A model generated the notes under the pieces. That model did no database searches and had not been told where the DNA came from. It saw only the letters and a list, made by a program, of their open reading frames with translations. A stretch of DNA of 19,466 nucleotides, taken from positions 1 to 19,466 of the forward strand of contig CBDURU010000067.1 in assembly GCA_965369865.1 (NCBI GenBank), written 5' to 3'. The stretch is from an uncultured bacterium (GTDB taxonomy: Bacteria > JAJVIF01 > JAPKYR01). This document shows positions 8,987 to 17,291 of this stretch, piece by piece. The first letter of the stretch is position 1. Every line of letters starts with the position of its first letter. A program made the position numbers and the translations under genes.

Positions 8987-9934
8987 CTACTGTATTTTTA
9001 CACCGTTGAGCCAGGAGGTCCTCAGCCTTAAGCCTTTTGGTAAGATGCTGATTTTTGCGGGGGATGAAAATTCCAGGTCGCCATCCAAAGCCAGTCTCTG
9101 CTCGGGATTGCATTGAAGAATAAGTGAGTTTGTTTTTCGGATCTCCACACCCTTCATCGCGAGATGCTTTCCCTTGAATACCTTGGGTAGATTCATAATG
9201 AATTGCAGTTTCGACATTTTAGGGATCAGTAAAACGTCCATTAAACCGTCATTTATTAATGCGCCCGGAGCAATATGCATCCCCGATCCGATATACGGGC
9301 TGTTGCATGCCAGAATCCAGTAAGCGTCCAGGCTAAGGTCCCAGTCATCCGCCTTAAGACTTGCAGAAACGTGAGCCAGTTTTGCAAGGGTCATCAGAAA
9401 AACCACCTCGTACCGCGCCGAAAGCCATGACGGCGATTTCTCACGTGTCGCGAGTGTCTGGGAATCCATTCCTACACCAGCGGTATTGATAAACCGGACC
9501 GGATTTTCATCCCGAAGAGACCCATCCTCATGAATTGGTTCAACAATGCCGACATCTATAGGAACAGCTTTCCCTTCAACAATATTCTGCGCGGCTTCGT
9601 TTGGTTCCCGGGATGAACCAAGGCCCCTGTAAAAATCGTTACCCGAACCAAGCGGGAAAATCGCGAACGGTAATTTCGATGGCTCATCCGATGATCCCAA
9701 AGGTAAATACTGGACAAGGTGATGCAAAGTCCCATCACCCCCGGCAACTACAAGAAGGTCAAATCCTTCATCGATTGCGGAAATAACTAACAATTCCGCA
9801 TGTTCGCCTGACTCGGTCTGCCTGGTGGTTACATCCCATCCCGCGTCTTCAAAATGCGCGTTTGCGATCTCAACTTTAAGCTGATTCGCTTTACCCCCGG
9901 CATGTGGATTTACTAGAAAAAGGACTTTCATCAT
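8987..9934 (-). CDS. Diacylglycerol/lipid kinase family protein (YegS/DagK/BmrU-like)
   Basis: 315 aa; VNPHAG, VAGGDGT, PLGSGNDF, IDVG, FINTAGVGMD, N.PYIGSG, DGLMDV, LDGD motifs. Confidence 0.92.
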   Translation of the reverse strand: MMKVLFLVNPHAGGKANQLKVEIANAHFEDAGWDVTTRQTESGEHAELLVISAIDEGFDLLVVAGGDGTLHHLVQYLPLGSSDEPSKLPFAIFPLGSGNDFYRGLGSSREPNEAAQNIVEGKAVPIDVGIVEPIHEDGSLRDENPVRFINTAGVGMDSQTLATREKSPSWLSARYEVVFLMTLAKLAHVSASLKADDWDLSLDAYWILACNSPYIGSGMHIAPGALINDGLMDVLLIPKMSKLQFIMNLPKVFKGKHLAMKGVEIRKTNSLILQCNPEQRLALDGDLEFSSPAKISILPKGLRLRTSWLNGVKIQ

Positions 9935-10097
9935 GTTAATAACCCCTATGACTTGAGTTTAATCCACCACCCGACTCATAAAGGGGATTGTATGCGTGGA
10001 ATTATCAATGATCAAGTAAACAATCATGATTCCGATATTGTCCCACTACAATTTCCGGGTGTATAGTATTATCAGACCCCGGAAAGGTGGTTAGTCA

Positions 10098-10418
10098 ATG
10101 GACCCATTAGAACTCCTTGTATATATAGTGTTGGGATTTGCAGTCCTTGTTGCCAGTAGTATGGCCCTTGCGGCATTTGCAAGCAGGAGAGAGGGTAATT
10201 TCTGGATGTGGTTCATTTTGCTCTGTTTCCTGCCGGTGGTTTCGCACATTTTGCTGATATTTTTTCTCTGGGTCTACCTACCACAGAAACGTAGAGCGTT
10301 CAGAAAAATCTCAGGCCACCATAAAGCAACTGACACACTGATTGCTGACCTCAAGAGAGACCCCGAAACGAAGATATCTGTAACGCCTTTTGATGACAAA
10401 AAAGACTTGGCAGAATAA
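10098..10418 (+). CDS. Small hypothetical membrane protein (two hydrophobic segments, charged C-terminal tail)
   Basis: 106 aa, ATG with AAAGGTGG upstream; fills the gap between real genes; upstream TTGTCC-N18-TATAGT (10038-10067). Confidence 0.7.
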   Translation: MDPLELLVYIVLGFAVLVASSMALAAFASRREGNFWMWFILLCFLPVVSHILLIFFLWVYLPQKRRAFRKISGHHKATDTLIADLKRDPETKISVTPFDDKKDLAE

Positions 10419-10486
10419 ACAGTACCGTCTGCCTGATTGTCATTACTTACTAAACTGAGCATTGTGAAAGCATCTTCTTTTTATAT

Positions 10487-10560
10487 GTCGGGGCGCTGCT
10501 TGCCGCGCCCTGGTTAATTAGAAAAAATCCAGACGTAGGGGCGCTGCTTGCCGCGCCCTG
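10487..10560 (+). repeat. Two direct copies of a 26-bp GTAG-type REP-like palindrome
   Basis: GTCGGGGCGCTGCTTGCCGCGCCCTG (10487-10512) and GTAGGGGCGCTGCTTGCCGCGCCCTG (10535-10560); 25 of 26 identical; GGGCGC/GCGCCC stem. Confidence 0.8.
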
Positions 10561-10593
10561 TCCCTGCAGAAAATTTTCGTAACTTCGCGCGAC

Positions 10594-10731
10594 TTAGTCA
10601 GATGGATCAACCACACGGCCCGTAAACAGTATTGTATTTGTTGAATTCTCTCTGATCATGAAAATGAACGGGAATAGAAACATGAGTACCACTCCTGCCA
10701 GTAATAATAAGGATTTCGATTGTGTTAACAC
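10594..10731 (-). CDS. 45-aa small ORF with one hydrophobic helix; small protein or truncated gene
   Basis: Not in the ORF track; GAGGGA SD then GTG: MLTQSKSLLLLAGVVLMFLFPFIFMIRENSTNTILFTGRVVDPSD-stop. Confidence 0.45.
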   Translation of the reverse strand: MLTQSKSLLLLAGVVLMFLFPFIFMIRENSTNTILFTGRVVDPSD

Positions 10732-10811
10732 GGATCCCTCTCGGGCTGGAAGATCAGGATGTAAATCACATCATAATGTCAGAATTCCGATCCCTGTGAA
10801 AGGTTCAGTAT

Positions 10812-12185
10812 TTATTTTGTTTTCGAGGTTTTCCCTTTTTTTCCTTTCCTGCCCTTATTATTCGACTCCCCCTTACGTGCACGTATCGTTTCGATCTTCT
10901 CTCCAATCTCAGGTATCAGCTTCCCGTTATCGAACCGCGATATCACCCCGACCGCGGGACCGTCTCCCTCAAAACACCTGGACGCGGCTTTCGCGATTTC
11001 ATCCCCCTTAACAGCATCGAGCTTATTAACAATTTCATCGTGCTTGAGAAGCCGGTCGAAGAAGAGAGTCGACATCGCGTTACGGATCATTCTAGCGGAC
11101 GTGCTTTCCATTCCGAGTGCCCAGTGGCCCTTGAGGAACAGCTTTGCGTCCTGCAGCTCACGCTTGCCCGGGCCATGATCCGCAAGCCGCCTGATTTCCC
11201 TGAGTGTCAGCCTTAAAACTTCGAGAATATTTTCTTCGTGCATTCCCGCTTCGACAGTAAACAACCCGGTTTTGGAATAGGGCTGATGCGTAGAGTCAAT
11301 CGAATACACAAGGCCGCGTTTTTCTCTGATTTCCTGGAACAGGCGGCTCATCATACCCCCGGCGAGGATCGCGTCGAGAAGGCTGTACGTATAGCGGTCG
11401 GACGACCTGATGCTTGCGGAAGGGAATCCTATCATCAACGCGCACTGCTCGACATCCTTCGATGCCACCACTACCGTCCGATTAAACCTGGGAGCTTTCC
11501 CGAGATGGATTCTCTCCTTTTTCCGGCGTTTGAATTGCTTGAGTCGGTCTTCGAGCAAATTCTGAGCGCGGTCCGGATCGATACCACCCGCGATTGATGC
11601 CGACAGGCGGTGCGGGGCATAGTGTTTATGATGATAACTATGTATTTTTTTACGGTGGAATGAAAAAACATTTTTAACCGAGCCAAGTATCGGGCGTCCA
11701 TAGGCCGTTTTCCCATGAACCGACAGAAGGAATTTGTCGTAAAGAGCCTGTCCCGGATCGTCATCGTTCATGTGAATCTCTTCAAGGATCACTCCCTTTT
11801 CTTTTTCAATCGCCGAAGAATCCAGCTCGGGGTTGAAAACGAGATCCGTAAGAACATCCAGGGCCAGCAGGAGACGTTTTGCCGCGATGCGGATGTAAAA
11901 ATACGTCACCTCCCGACCGGTTGAGGCGTTTATGATCCCCCCTACCCTTTCCACGGCCTTGACAATCGCCTTCGCGCTGCGTTTTTTACTCCCCTTGAAA
12001 ACCATGTGTTCGATGAAATGACTGATCCCGTTTTCCTTCACACTTTCATGTGCGGCACCTACCGGAAGGAAAAAACCGAGTGTGAAACTCTCCATGCTCG
12101 GCATGCGCTCGATTGCTAGTTTTCCACCTGTTGATAGTTTTCTGATTTCGGCTGTGTGTTGTTTATGGGAAATTGTATCGGACAT
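10812..12185 (-). CDS. M16 family (pitrilysin/insulinase-like) zinc peptidase
   Basis: 457 aa; inverted zincin motif HFIEH, NASTGRE, EK.VILEE, SRLFQEIREKRGLVYSI. Confidence 0.94.
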   Translation of the reverse strand: MSDTISHKQHTAEIRKLSTGGKLAIERMPSMESFTLGFFLPVGAAHESVKENGISHFIEHMVFKGSKKRSAKAIVKAVERVGGIINASTGREVTYFYIRIAAKRLLLALDVLTDLVFNPELDSSAIEKEKGVILEEIHMNDDDPGQALYDKFLLSVHGKTAYGRPILGSVKNVFSFHRKKIHSYHHKHYAPHRLSASIAGGIDPDRAQNLLEDRLKQFKRRKKERIHLGKAPRFNRTVVVASKDVEQCALMIGFPSASIRSSDRYTYSLLDAILAGGMMSRLFQEIREKRGLVYSIDSTHQPYSKTGLFTVEAGMHEENILEVLRLTLREIRRLADHGPGKRELQDAKLFLKGHWALGMESTSARMIRNAMSTLFFDRLLKHDEIVNKLDAVKGDEIAKAASRCFEGDGPAVGVISRFDNGKLIPEIGEKIETIRARKGESNNKGRKGKKGKTSKTK

Positions 12186-12300
12186 CGGTACCCGGCAATT
12201 GCATCTCTTAAATCAATTCAGGAATGAGGGGAATGATACCGGAAAGTTCCGATTGATGCTACAAATATTCGGGATGTTAATAAAAATCCATCGAATCAGA

Positions 12301-12362
12301 TCAGGGGAATTGTACGGTTCAGGGGAATTGTACGGTTCAGGGGAATTGTACGGTTCAGGGGA
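12301..12362 (+). repeat. 18-bp tandem repeat, three perfect copies plus a partial
   Basis: (TCAGGGGAATTGTACGGT)x3 then TCAGGGGA. Confidence 0.95.
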
Positions 12363-12584
12363 CTGGCTCACAGATTTGCCGCTAATACAAATGGTCACGC
12401 TCCCCGCGCGAAAAAAAAATCGGGGGGGAAAATCGGGGACGCCTTTCCGCCTTCCAGGCTGAAGGTGTCCCCGATTTTAAATTGTGGAATTATACGGATA
12501 AGGGAACTGGCACGGATCAGGGGAACTGACATTGTCAGGGGACTGGCTCACAGATTTGCCGCTAATACAAATGGTCACGCTCCC
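12355..12584 (+). repeat. Exact 50-bp direct repeat, 180 bp apart
   Basis: TCAGGGGACTGGCTCACAGATTTGCCGCTAATACAAATGGTCACGCTCCC at 12355-12404 and 12535-12584. Confidence 0.95.
12429..12478. repeat. Inverted repeat / hairpin with GGGGAC...GTCCCC core
   Basis: AAAATCGGGGACGCCTT vs AAGGTGTCCCCGATTTT, 16 of 17 complementary, with inner GCCT/AGGC stem. Confidence 0.85.
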
Positions 12585-12619
12585 AGCAATCTACCCGGCA
12601 AATCTGAGTGCCTGTCCCC
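12538..12619. repeat. Inverted repeat with 24-bp arms (MITE- or REP-like)
   Basis: GGGGACTGGCTCACAGATTTGCCG (12538-12561) vs CGGCAAATCTGAGTGCCTGTCCCC (12596-12619), 21 of 24 complementary. Confidence 0.85.
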
Positions 12620-12748
12620 GGTCTTCGCAATTATTTTGAATGAGAGTTACTTCATAAGTAACTTATAAGGGCCGCCCCAATAACATCAATTTATTTATCT
12701 TTGCTTTACGTCTGACATGTTGGCGAGTATTATCTGTAAAGAATTTCC

Positions 12749-13843
12749 ATGCGACCGATCGTTGTAGGATACGATGCCCAATCTCTGACCGGTAAATACC
12801 AGACCGGACTCGGCGTCTATGCCAAAAACCTGGCGCGTATCCTGGAAAAACACCCGGTGTCAATAGATTTAAGATTATTATGGCCACAAGGCCGTAAGCC
12901 GTTTAATCGAACTCTTGAACGCCTTGTCTGGGAACAGTACCGGCTTGTCTTTGAAGCTAACCGGGAGGAAGTCGAACTTATTCATGCGCCCTGTTTCTCG
13001 GTACCGATATTCACACGGATTCCAAAAGTAGTTACGGCGCATGATCTCATCGTTCTGCGCCACCCGCACCTTATGCCTCCTGGGAGCCGATGGTATTTTT
13101 CCAGATGGATCCCATATACTTACAAGTCCGCGGATCACATAATCGCGGTTTCAAATACCACTAAAAATGAACTGATTAATATTCTTGGTATTACTCCCGA
13201 TAAAATCACTGTCATTCATCATGGGTCGAACCCGGCTTTTATCCGTACGACCGATTCCCATGAGATAAACCGCATCCGGTTCAAATATCACTGTCCGACT
13301 GACTTTTTCCTGATGGTTGGGAGTTTTGAACCGAGGAAAAATGTCGCGCTGGCTATCGACGCATTCGCGGCAATTGCCGATTCATCAAAGCAGCTTAAAC
13401 TAATCCTGGTTGGGAAACACAACAATTATGCCTGGGAAATGCAGAAGGTAGTCAAAGATCTCCGCCTCGAGGAGCAGGTGTTGTTCCCGGGATATGTCCC
13501 GGACAAGGAGCTTTCCACTCTATATTCAGTAGCAACCGGGTTCCTGTTCCCGTCATCGGCTGAAGGTTTCGGACTGCCGCTTGTCGAAGCTATGGCAACC
13601 GGGTGCCCTGTAATCGCCAGTGATTTGAAAGTGTTTCATGAAATCGGCGGGGATGCGCTTTCTTATGTGGACGCCAATGATGTCGATGCAATTTCCGGTA
13701 GGATGCTGAAATTCATCGAGGATATGGATTTACGGGCCGGTTACAGCAGGATTGGACTCGCGAAATCATTGGATTATGACTGGGAGGAGGCAGCGGAGAA
13801 GACGGTGAAAGTATATCAACGTGTTCTAAAAAATCGAAATTAA
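12749..13843 (+). CDS. GT4 family (GT-B fold) glycosyltransferase, MtfB-like
   Basis: 364 aa; VVTAHDL, IIAVS..TK, VGSFEPRKN, FPSSAEGFGLPLVEAMATGCPVIASD (EX7E motif). Confidence 0.93.
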   Translation: MRPIVVGYDAQSLTGKYQTGLGVYAKNLARILEKHPVSIDLRLLWPQGRKPFNRTLERLVWEQYRLVFEANREEVELIHAPCFSVPIFTRIPKVVTAHDLIVLRHPHLMPPGSRWYFSRWIPYTYKSADHIIAVSNTTKNELINILGITPDKITVIHHGSNPAFIRTTDSHEINRIRFKYHCPTDFFLMVGSFEPRKNVALAIDAFAAIADSSKQLKLILVGKHNNYAWEMQKVVKDLRLEEQVLFPGYVPDKELSTLYSVATGFLFPSSAEGFGLPLVEAMATGCPVIASDLKVFHEIGGDALSYVDANDVDAISGRMLKFIEDMDLRAGYSRIGLAKSLDYDWEEAAEKTVKVYQRVLKNRN

Positions 13844-13871
13844 ATAAATCCCATTTGATGCAGGTAACCCC

Positions 13872-13899
13872 TTGACGAATCCGGAATATGTGGTAAGAT
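13872..13899 (+). promoter_or_regulatory. Sigma70-type promoter
   Basis: TTGACG (13872-13877), 16 nt spacer, TAAGAT (13894-13899) with an extended -10 TG. Confidence 0.5.
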
Positions 13900-13922
13900 G
13901 TTATAGTTAGTTATGAAATACT

Positions 13923-13995
13923 AACGGCTCCGGCGGAAAAAATTGCCTGTTTTAAGGCGTATGTCCAGAATAGTTCCTCGGAGCCGTTTTCTTTT
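13923..13995 (+). promoter_or_regulatory. Candidate structured leader RNA, attenuator or small RNA
   Basis: AACGGCTCCG (13923-13932) perfectly complements CGGAGCCGTT (13979-13988), followed by TTCTTTT; inner GGAA/TTCC and GCCT/AGGC stems. Confidence 0.45.
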
Positions 13996-14057
13996 GCCCC
14001 CGGAACATTCCCGGTAAAAATCTTAAAACAATGGTGAGATAGAAGGTGAATTTAATA

Positions 14058-14405
14058 ATGTTAAAGAACTTTAATCATGAGATGAAGTGCGCAATGTTTG
14101 CAGGAAGTATCTTTTTGATATTTTTCACATCATCGATAATAAGTGTCGCCAGAGGCGAGGCAATTGCGGACATTGATTACCGCAACACGATTGTAGATGT
14201 TAATGAAGAACTCGATCCCCCGGGAAACATGCTAAGCAATGGGCAGGTTCCCCAGGCTCAAAATGAGCCGACTATTGGTGAAGCGATTCAATCCGACAGC
14301 CCGCAGATCGGCGATCCGAGTCCTTACTGGACGACCAGTATTAACATCTGGTTCCAGAACCTTTCGAATTTCTACGATTCGATTCTTTCGGTTCTGGGAA
14401 TCTAG
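14058..14405 (+). CDS. Hypothetical secreted or membrane protein
   Basis: ORF 14046..14405; ATG 14058 preferred (AAGGTG upstream); N-terminal hydrophobic segment, acidic Pro/Gln-rich middle, aromatic amphipathic C-terminus. Confidence 0.6.
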   Translation: MLKNFNHEMKCAMFAGSIFLIFFTSSIISVARGEAIADIDYRNTIVDVNEELDPPGNMLSNGQVPQAQNEPTIGEAIQSDSPQIGDPSPYWTTSINIWFQNLSNFYDSILSVLGI

Positions 14406-14489
14406 CCGGGGCTTTTTGGGGATGCGTTGAGTACCCACATCGAGAGGTTGTATTCTGAAGCGGGGTTGAAGTGACAAATTCTCCAGGAT

Positions 14490-14523
14490 AATAATGGCCA
14501 CCCAACCATGGGTGGCCATTATT
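14490..14523. terminator. Perfect 15-bp hairpin, probable terminator
   Basis: AATAATGGCCACCCA-ACCA-TGGGTGGCCATTATT followed by CATTTT. Confidence 0.6.
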
Positions 14524-14536
14524 CATTTTAAACTGC

Positions 14537-14566
14537 TTGACACGTCTGAATACTGAATGCTACCAT
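14537..14566 (+). promoter_or_regulatory. Sigma70-type promoter for 14637..15326
   Basis: TTGACA, 18 nt spacer, TACCAT with an extended -10 TG. Confidence 0.55.
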
Positions 14567-14636
14567 GCGAATCGAATTGAACCGGTTACACCCGGTCTGT
14601 TACTACATTTTTTCAATTCCATTGGAGGTACGCTAA

Positions 14637-15326
14637 ATGCGCGTATCCTTAATCAGGATTTTATTCCCGATCGTGATTCTGACTTTGATCTTCAGCCTGG
14701 GTTGCCAGGGCTCTACTCCCGTAAGCCCTGAGCCTGCAGGCCAACTTAAACAGATCAATATTTTCAACGCACCAACCCAGCTTAACCAGGGACAGGTGCA
14801 TGCCCTCGGGGCAACCGGAATTTACTCTGGAGATGCCACGATGACCATAACCACGCTGGCCACGTGGATATCGAACAATGCCGATGTCATCATCTTTACA
14901 GGCAAAGGCCTGCTCCTTCCTGTCGGTGGCGGTACGGCAAGTATCACCTGCACCTACAGGGGGATCACCAGCAACCCGGTGACAATTTTTATTACCGGTC
15001 CACCCAATCCCGGCCCGGTTGATTCAGTCACCCTTCAATCGATCGAAATCAGCCCCGTCTGGGAAAAAATCACCATAGGTTCAACTCTGCAATACACCTC
15101 TGTAGCTCATTATTCCAATGGGACTATGCAGGATATCACGAACCTTGTTGACTGGCATGTGTCTGATGTCGGTCCGGGTTTCATTATCGATGCTGACAAC
15201 GCAATTGCCTGGGGCACAAACTACGGCCTTTACAGGGCTACCGGTCCTATTGGCACTGCAGTCGTTAGTTGCGACTACCTGGGAACAATCTCTAATTACG
15301 CCACGGTTGTTGTTACGGAATTCTAA
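14637..15326 (+). CDS. Lipoprotein with two bacterial Ig-like (Big_2-type) domains
   Basis: 229 aa; GGAGG SD; lipobox FSLGC; LKQINI...ATGIYS...ITTLATWISNN...GTASITCTY and LQSIEISP...IGSTLQY...YSNGTMQDITNLVDW. Confidence 0.85.
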   Translation: MRVSLIRILFPIVILTLIFSLGCQGSTPVSPEPAGQLKQINIFNAPTQLNQGQVHALGATGIYSGDATMTITTLATWISNNADVIIFTGKGLLLPVGGGTASITCTYRGITSNPVTIFITGPPNPGPVDSVTLQSIEISPVWEKITIGSTLQYTSVAHYSNGTMQDITNLVDWHVSDVGPGFIIDADNAIAWGTNYGLYRATGPIGTAVVSCDYLGTISNYATVVVTEF

Positions 15327-15363
15327 TAAGGTTTGCGGTAAAAATTTCCCTGAGACAATTACC

Positions 15364-15388
15364 CCCCGGCGAAAGGCCGGGATTTTCT
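15364..15388 (+). terminator. Hairpin, possible weak terminator
   Basis: CCCGGC-GAAAG-GCCGGG followed by ATTTTCT, downstream of the Ig-like gene. Confidence 0.4.
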
Positions 15389-15395
15389 CACCCTT

Positions 15396-15632
15396 ATGAC
15401 AATGAACTGGATAGGACTATTCATCGGTGCTGCAATTGGATGGCTACTCGGATACATCTTCCGATGCCAGGGGAATTCATGTCCGATCTACAATTCATGG
15501 TGGATCACGACCGGTATCGGAGCACTCCTTGGCCTGACCTGGAACATGGGTAAAAAACCCGATGATCGTGACAAATCGGTTGTCCCCGGTAAAAATCCGG
15601 ACCATCCGGAAAATAACCATAATGATAATTAA
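15396..15632 (+). CDS. Small two-helix membrane protein with a CxxxxCPI loop (DUF6132-like)
   Basis: 78 aa; IGAAIGWLLGYIFRCQGNSCPIYNSWWITTGIGALLG. Confidence 0.7.
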   Translation: MTMNWIGLFIGAAIGWLLGYIFRCQGNSCPIYNSWWITTGIGALLGLTWNMGKKPDDRDKSVVPGKNPDHPENNHNDN

Positions 15633-15728
15633 CACGCTTAACGGGTTGTGGCGGGGTGGGCATCGGGGTTAGAATACCCACTCTTTCCGATATTACATGA
15701 ATTTTCCTTCAAAAGGGGATTTATTGAA

Positions 15729-17267
15729 ATGGATGTAATTCTCGATGGCAGGACCTTAACAATCGACCAGGTTGCGGGTATTGCAACTGAAGGCGGAAAA
15801 TTATCGTTCTCTGAAGACGGGATGGACCGAATTAGAAAATGCGAAGCCGTAGTCAGGGAACTGGTGGATAGCGGCGAGGTAATTTATGGTGTAACAACCG
15901 GTATTGGTGAATTCGCCCGCATCCGTATCGACCCTGAAATGGGCTCCGAACTCCAGAAGCGAATAATATATTCACATGCCGCGGGATGTGGGGGGCTTTT
16001 CCCGGACGACAGGGTCCGTGCCGCGATGGTCGCGCGTGCGAATGTATGGGCTGTCGGAAATACCGGGCTTCGACCGAGTACCGCTGAATTCTATGTCGAA
16101 ATGTTCAATCGCGGAATTATACCCGTTGTCAATGAAAAAGGATCGGTGGGCACATCGGGCGATCTCAGTCCGCTGTCCCAGCTCGCTGAGGTTTGCCTTG
16201 GCGAGGGCGAGTGTTTTCTTAACGGTGAGAGAATGTCGGGTGCTGAAGCCCTTAAGAAAACCGGGCTTGAGCCGTTGGTTTTGACATTCAAGGAAGGCCT
16301 TGGACTTATTAACGGCTCGCAGATGATGACCGGCGAAGCCTGTATTCAACTGGTCCAGGCGAGAAAGCTGATCAGGAACGCGATTATCGCCGCGGCCATG
16401 ACAATCGATGCCCTGAAGGGTGTTTTAAAAGCCTACCACCCGCTGCTCCACGAATCCCGGCCGCACAAAGGCCAGGTGACTGTCGCAAAATACCTGAACG
16501 ATGTTTTTGCCGATTCGGAAATCATGGCCGACCTGTCGGGGAAAGTGCAGGACGGTTACTCGATGCGCTGCACGCCTCAGGTCCAGGGTCCGGCAATCGA
16601 CATCTGGCATTTCGCGAAAGGCTGGATCGAGCAGGAATTGAATTCGGCGGCCGACAACCCGCTGTTCTTCGCGGATGAAAAATTGCACCTTGCCGGCGGG
16701 AATTTCCACGGACAGGGTATCGGACTCGCAATCGACTATCTCACGATCGCGATGGCTGAACTCGGCAACCTTTCCGAACGGCATACAAATCGCCTGTTGA
16801 ATCCGGTGCTTTCAGGCCTCCCGGACTTCCTCGTGGAGGGCATGGCGGGAGTTAATTCAGGCTTGATGGTCGCTCAGTACACCGCCGCGAGCCTTGTCAG
16901 CGAAAACAAGATTTTCTGCCATCCCGGATCGGCCGATTCGATCTCCCTATCCGCCGACCAGGAAGACCATGTTTCAATGGGACCGATCTCGATCCGAAAA
17001 TTCAACGAGGTCATGAAGAACCTTAACAACATTATCGGAATCGAGATGTTCGCGGCGGCACAGGCGTTCGATTTCAGGAAACCTCAGAAACCCGGCAAGG
17101 GAACACTTGCCGCCTACGATACGATCCGTAAGCACGTGTCACACCTTGAGGAGGACAGGGTGCTTTATCCCGACGTAATCAAGTGCGGTGAGCTTGTGGC
17201 AAATAATGAAATCCTTGAAGCAGTAGAATCCGAAATCGGCGAGATAAATATCAGCCTGAACCATTAA
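15729..17267 (+). CDS. hutH: Histidine ammonia-lyase (MIO-dependent aromatic amino acid lyase family), 512 aa
   Basis: Start moved to ATG 15729 (AGGGGA SD); YGVTTG, SHAAG, GSVGTSGDL, KEGLGLING, QDGYSMRC, DNP, GGNFHG, QEDHVSMG motifs. Confidence 0.82.
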   Translation: MDVILDGRTLTIDQVAGIATEGGKLSFSEDGMDRIRKCEAVVRELVDSGEVIYGVTTGIGEFARIRIDPEMGSELQKRIIYSHAAGCGGLFPDDRVRAAMVARANVWAVGNTGLRPSTAEFYVEMFNRGIIPVVNEKGSVGTSGDLSPLSQLAEVCLGEGECFLNGERMSGAEALKKTGLEPLVLTFKEGLGLINGSQMMTGEACIQLVQARKLIRNAIIAAAMTIDALKGVLKAYHPLLHESRPHKGQVTVAKYLNDVFADSEIMADLSGKVQDGYSMRCTPQVQGPAIDIWHFAKGWIEQELNSAADNPLFFADEKLHLAGGNFHGQGIGLAIDYLTIAMAELGNLSERHTNRLLNPVLSGLPDFLVEGMAGVNSGLMVAQYTAASLVSENKIFCHPGSADSISLSADQEDHVSMGPISIRKFNEVMKNLNNIIGIEMFAAAQAFDFRKPQKPGKGTLAAYDTIRKHVSHLEEDRVLYPDVIKCGELVANNEILEAVESEIGEINISLNH

Positions 17268-17291
17268 AACCAATCCTATCCCGAATTTGTG

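Noticed and set aside
10487..10560. 26-bp repeat pair as a mini-CRISPR
   Set aside because: Only two copies with a 22-nt gap; the GTAG plus GC-hairpin form fits a REP better
12301..12362. 18-bp repeats as a CRISPR array
   Set aside because: Units are head-to-tail with no spacers, too short, and no cas genes are present
12082..12668. ORFs with SGELYG or SPEPYN repeats
   Set aside because: They are translations of the non-coding repeat island, overlap the peptidase start and lack an SD
15340..15390. c-di-GMP-I riboswitch suggested by the GAAA-containing hairpin
   Set aside because: The flanking GCAAA elements and the second stem with a tetraloop receptor are absent
7310..17267. gdhA and hutH as a histidine-utilisation cluster
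   Set aside because: They are 7 kb apart on opposite strands, separated by unrelated genes, and hutU, hutI and hutG are missing
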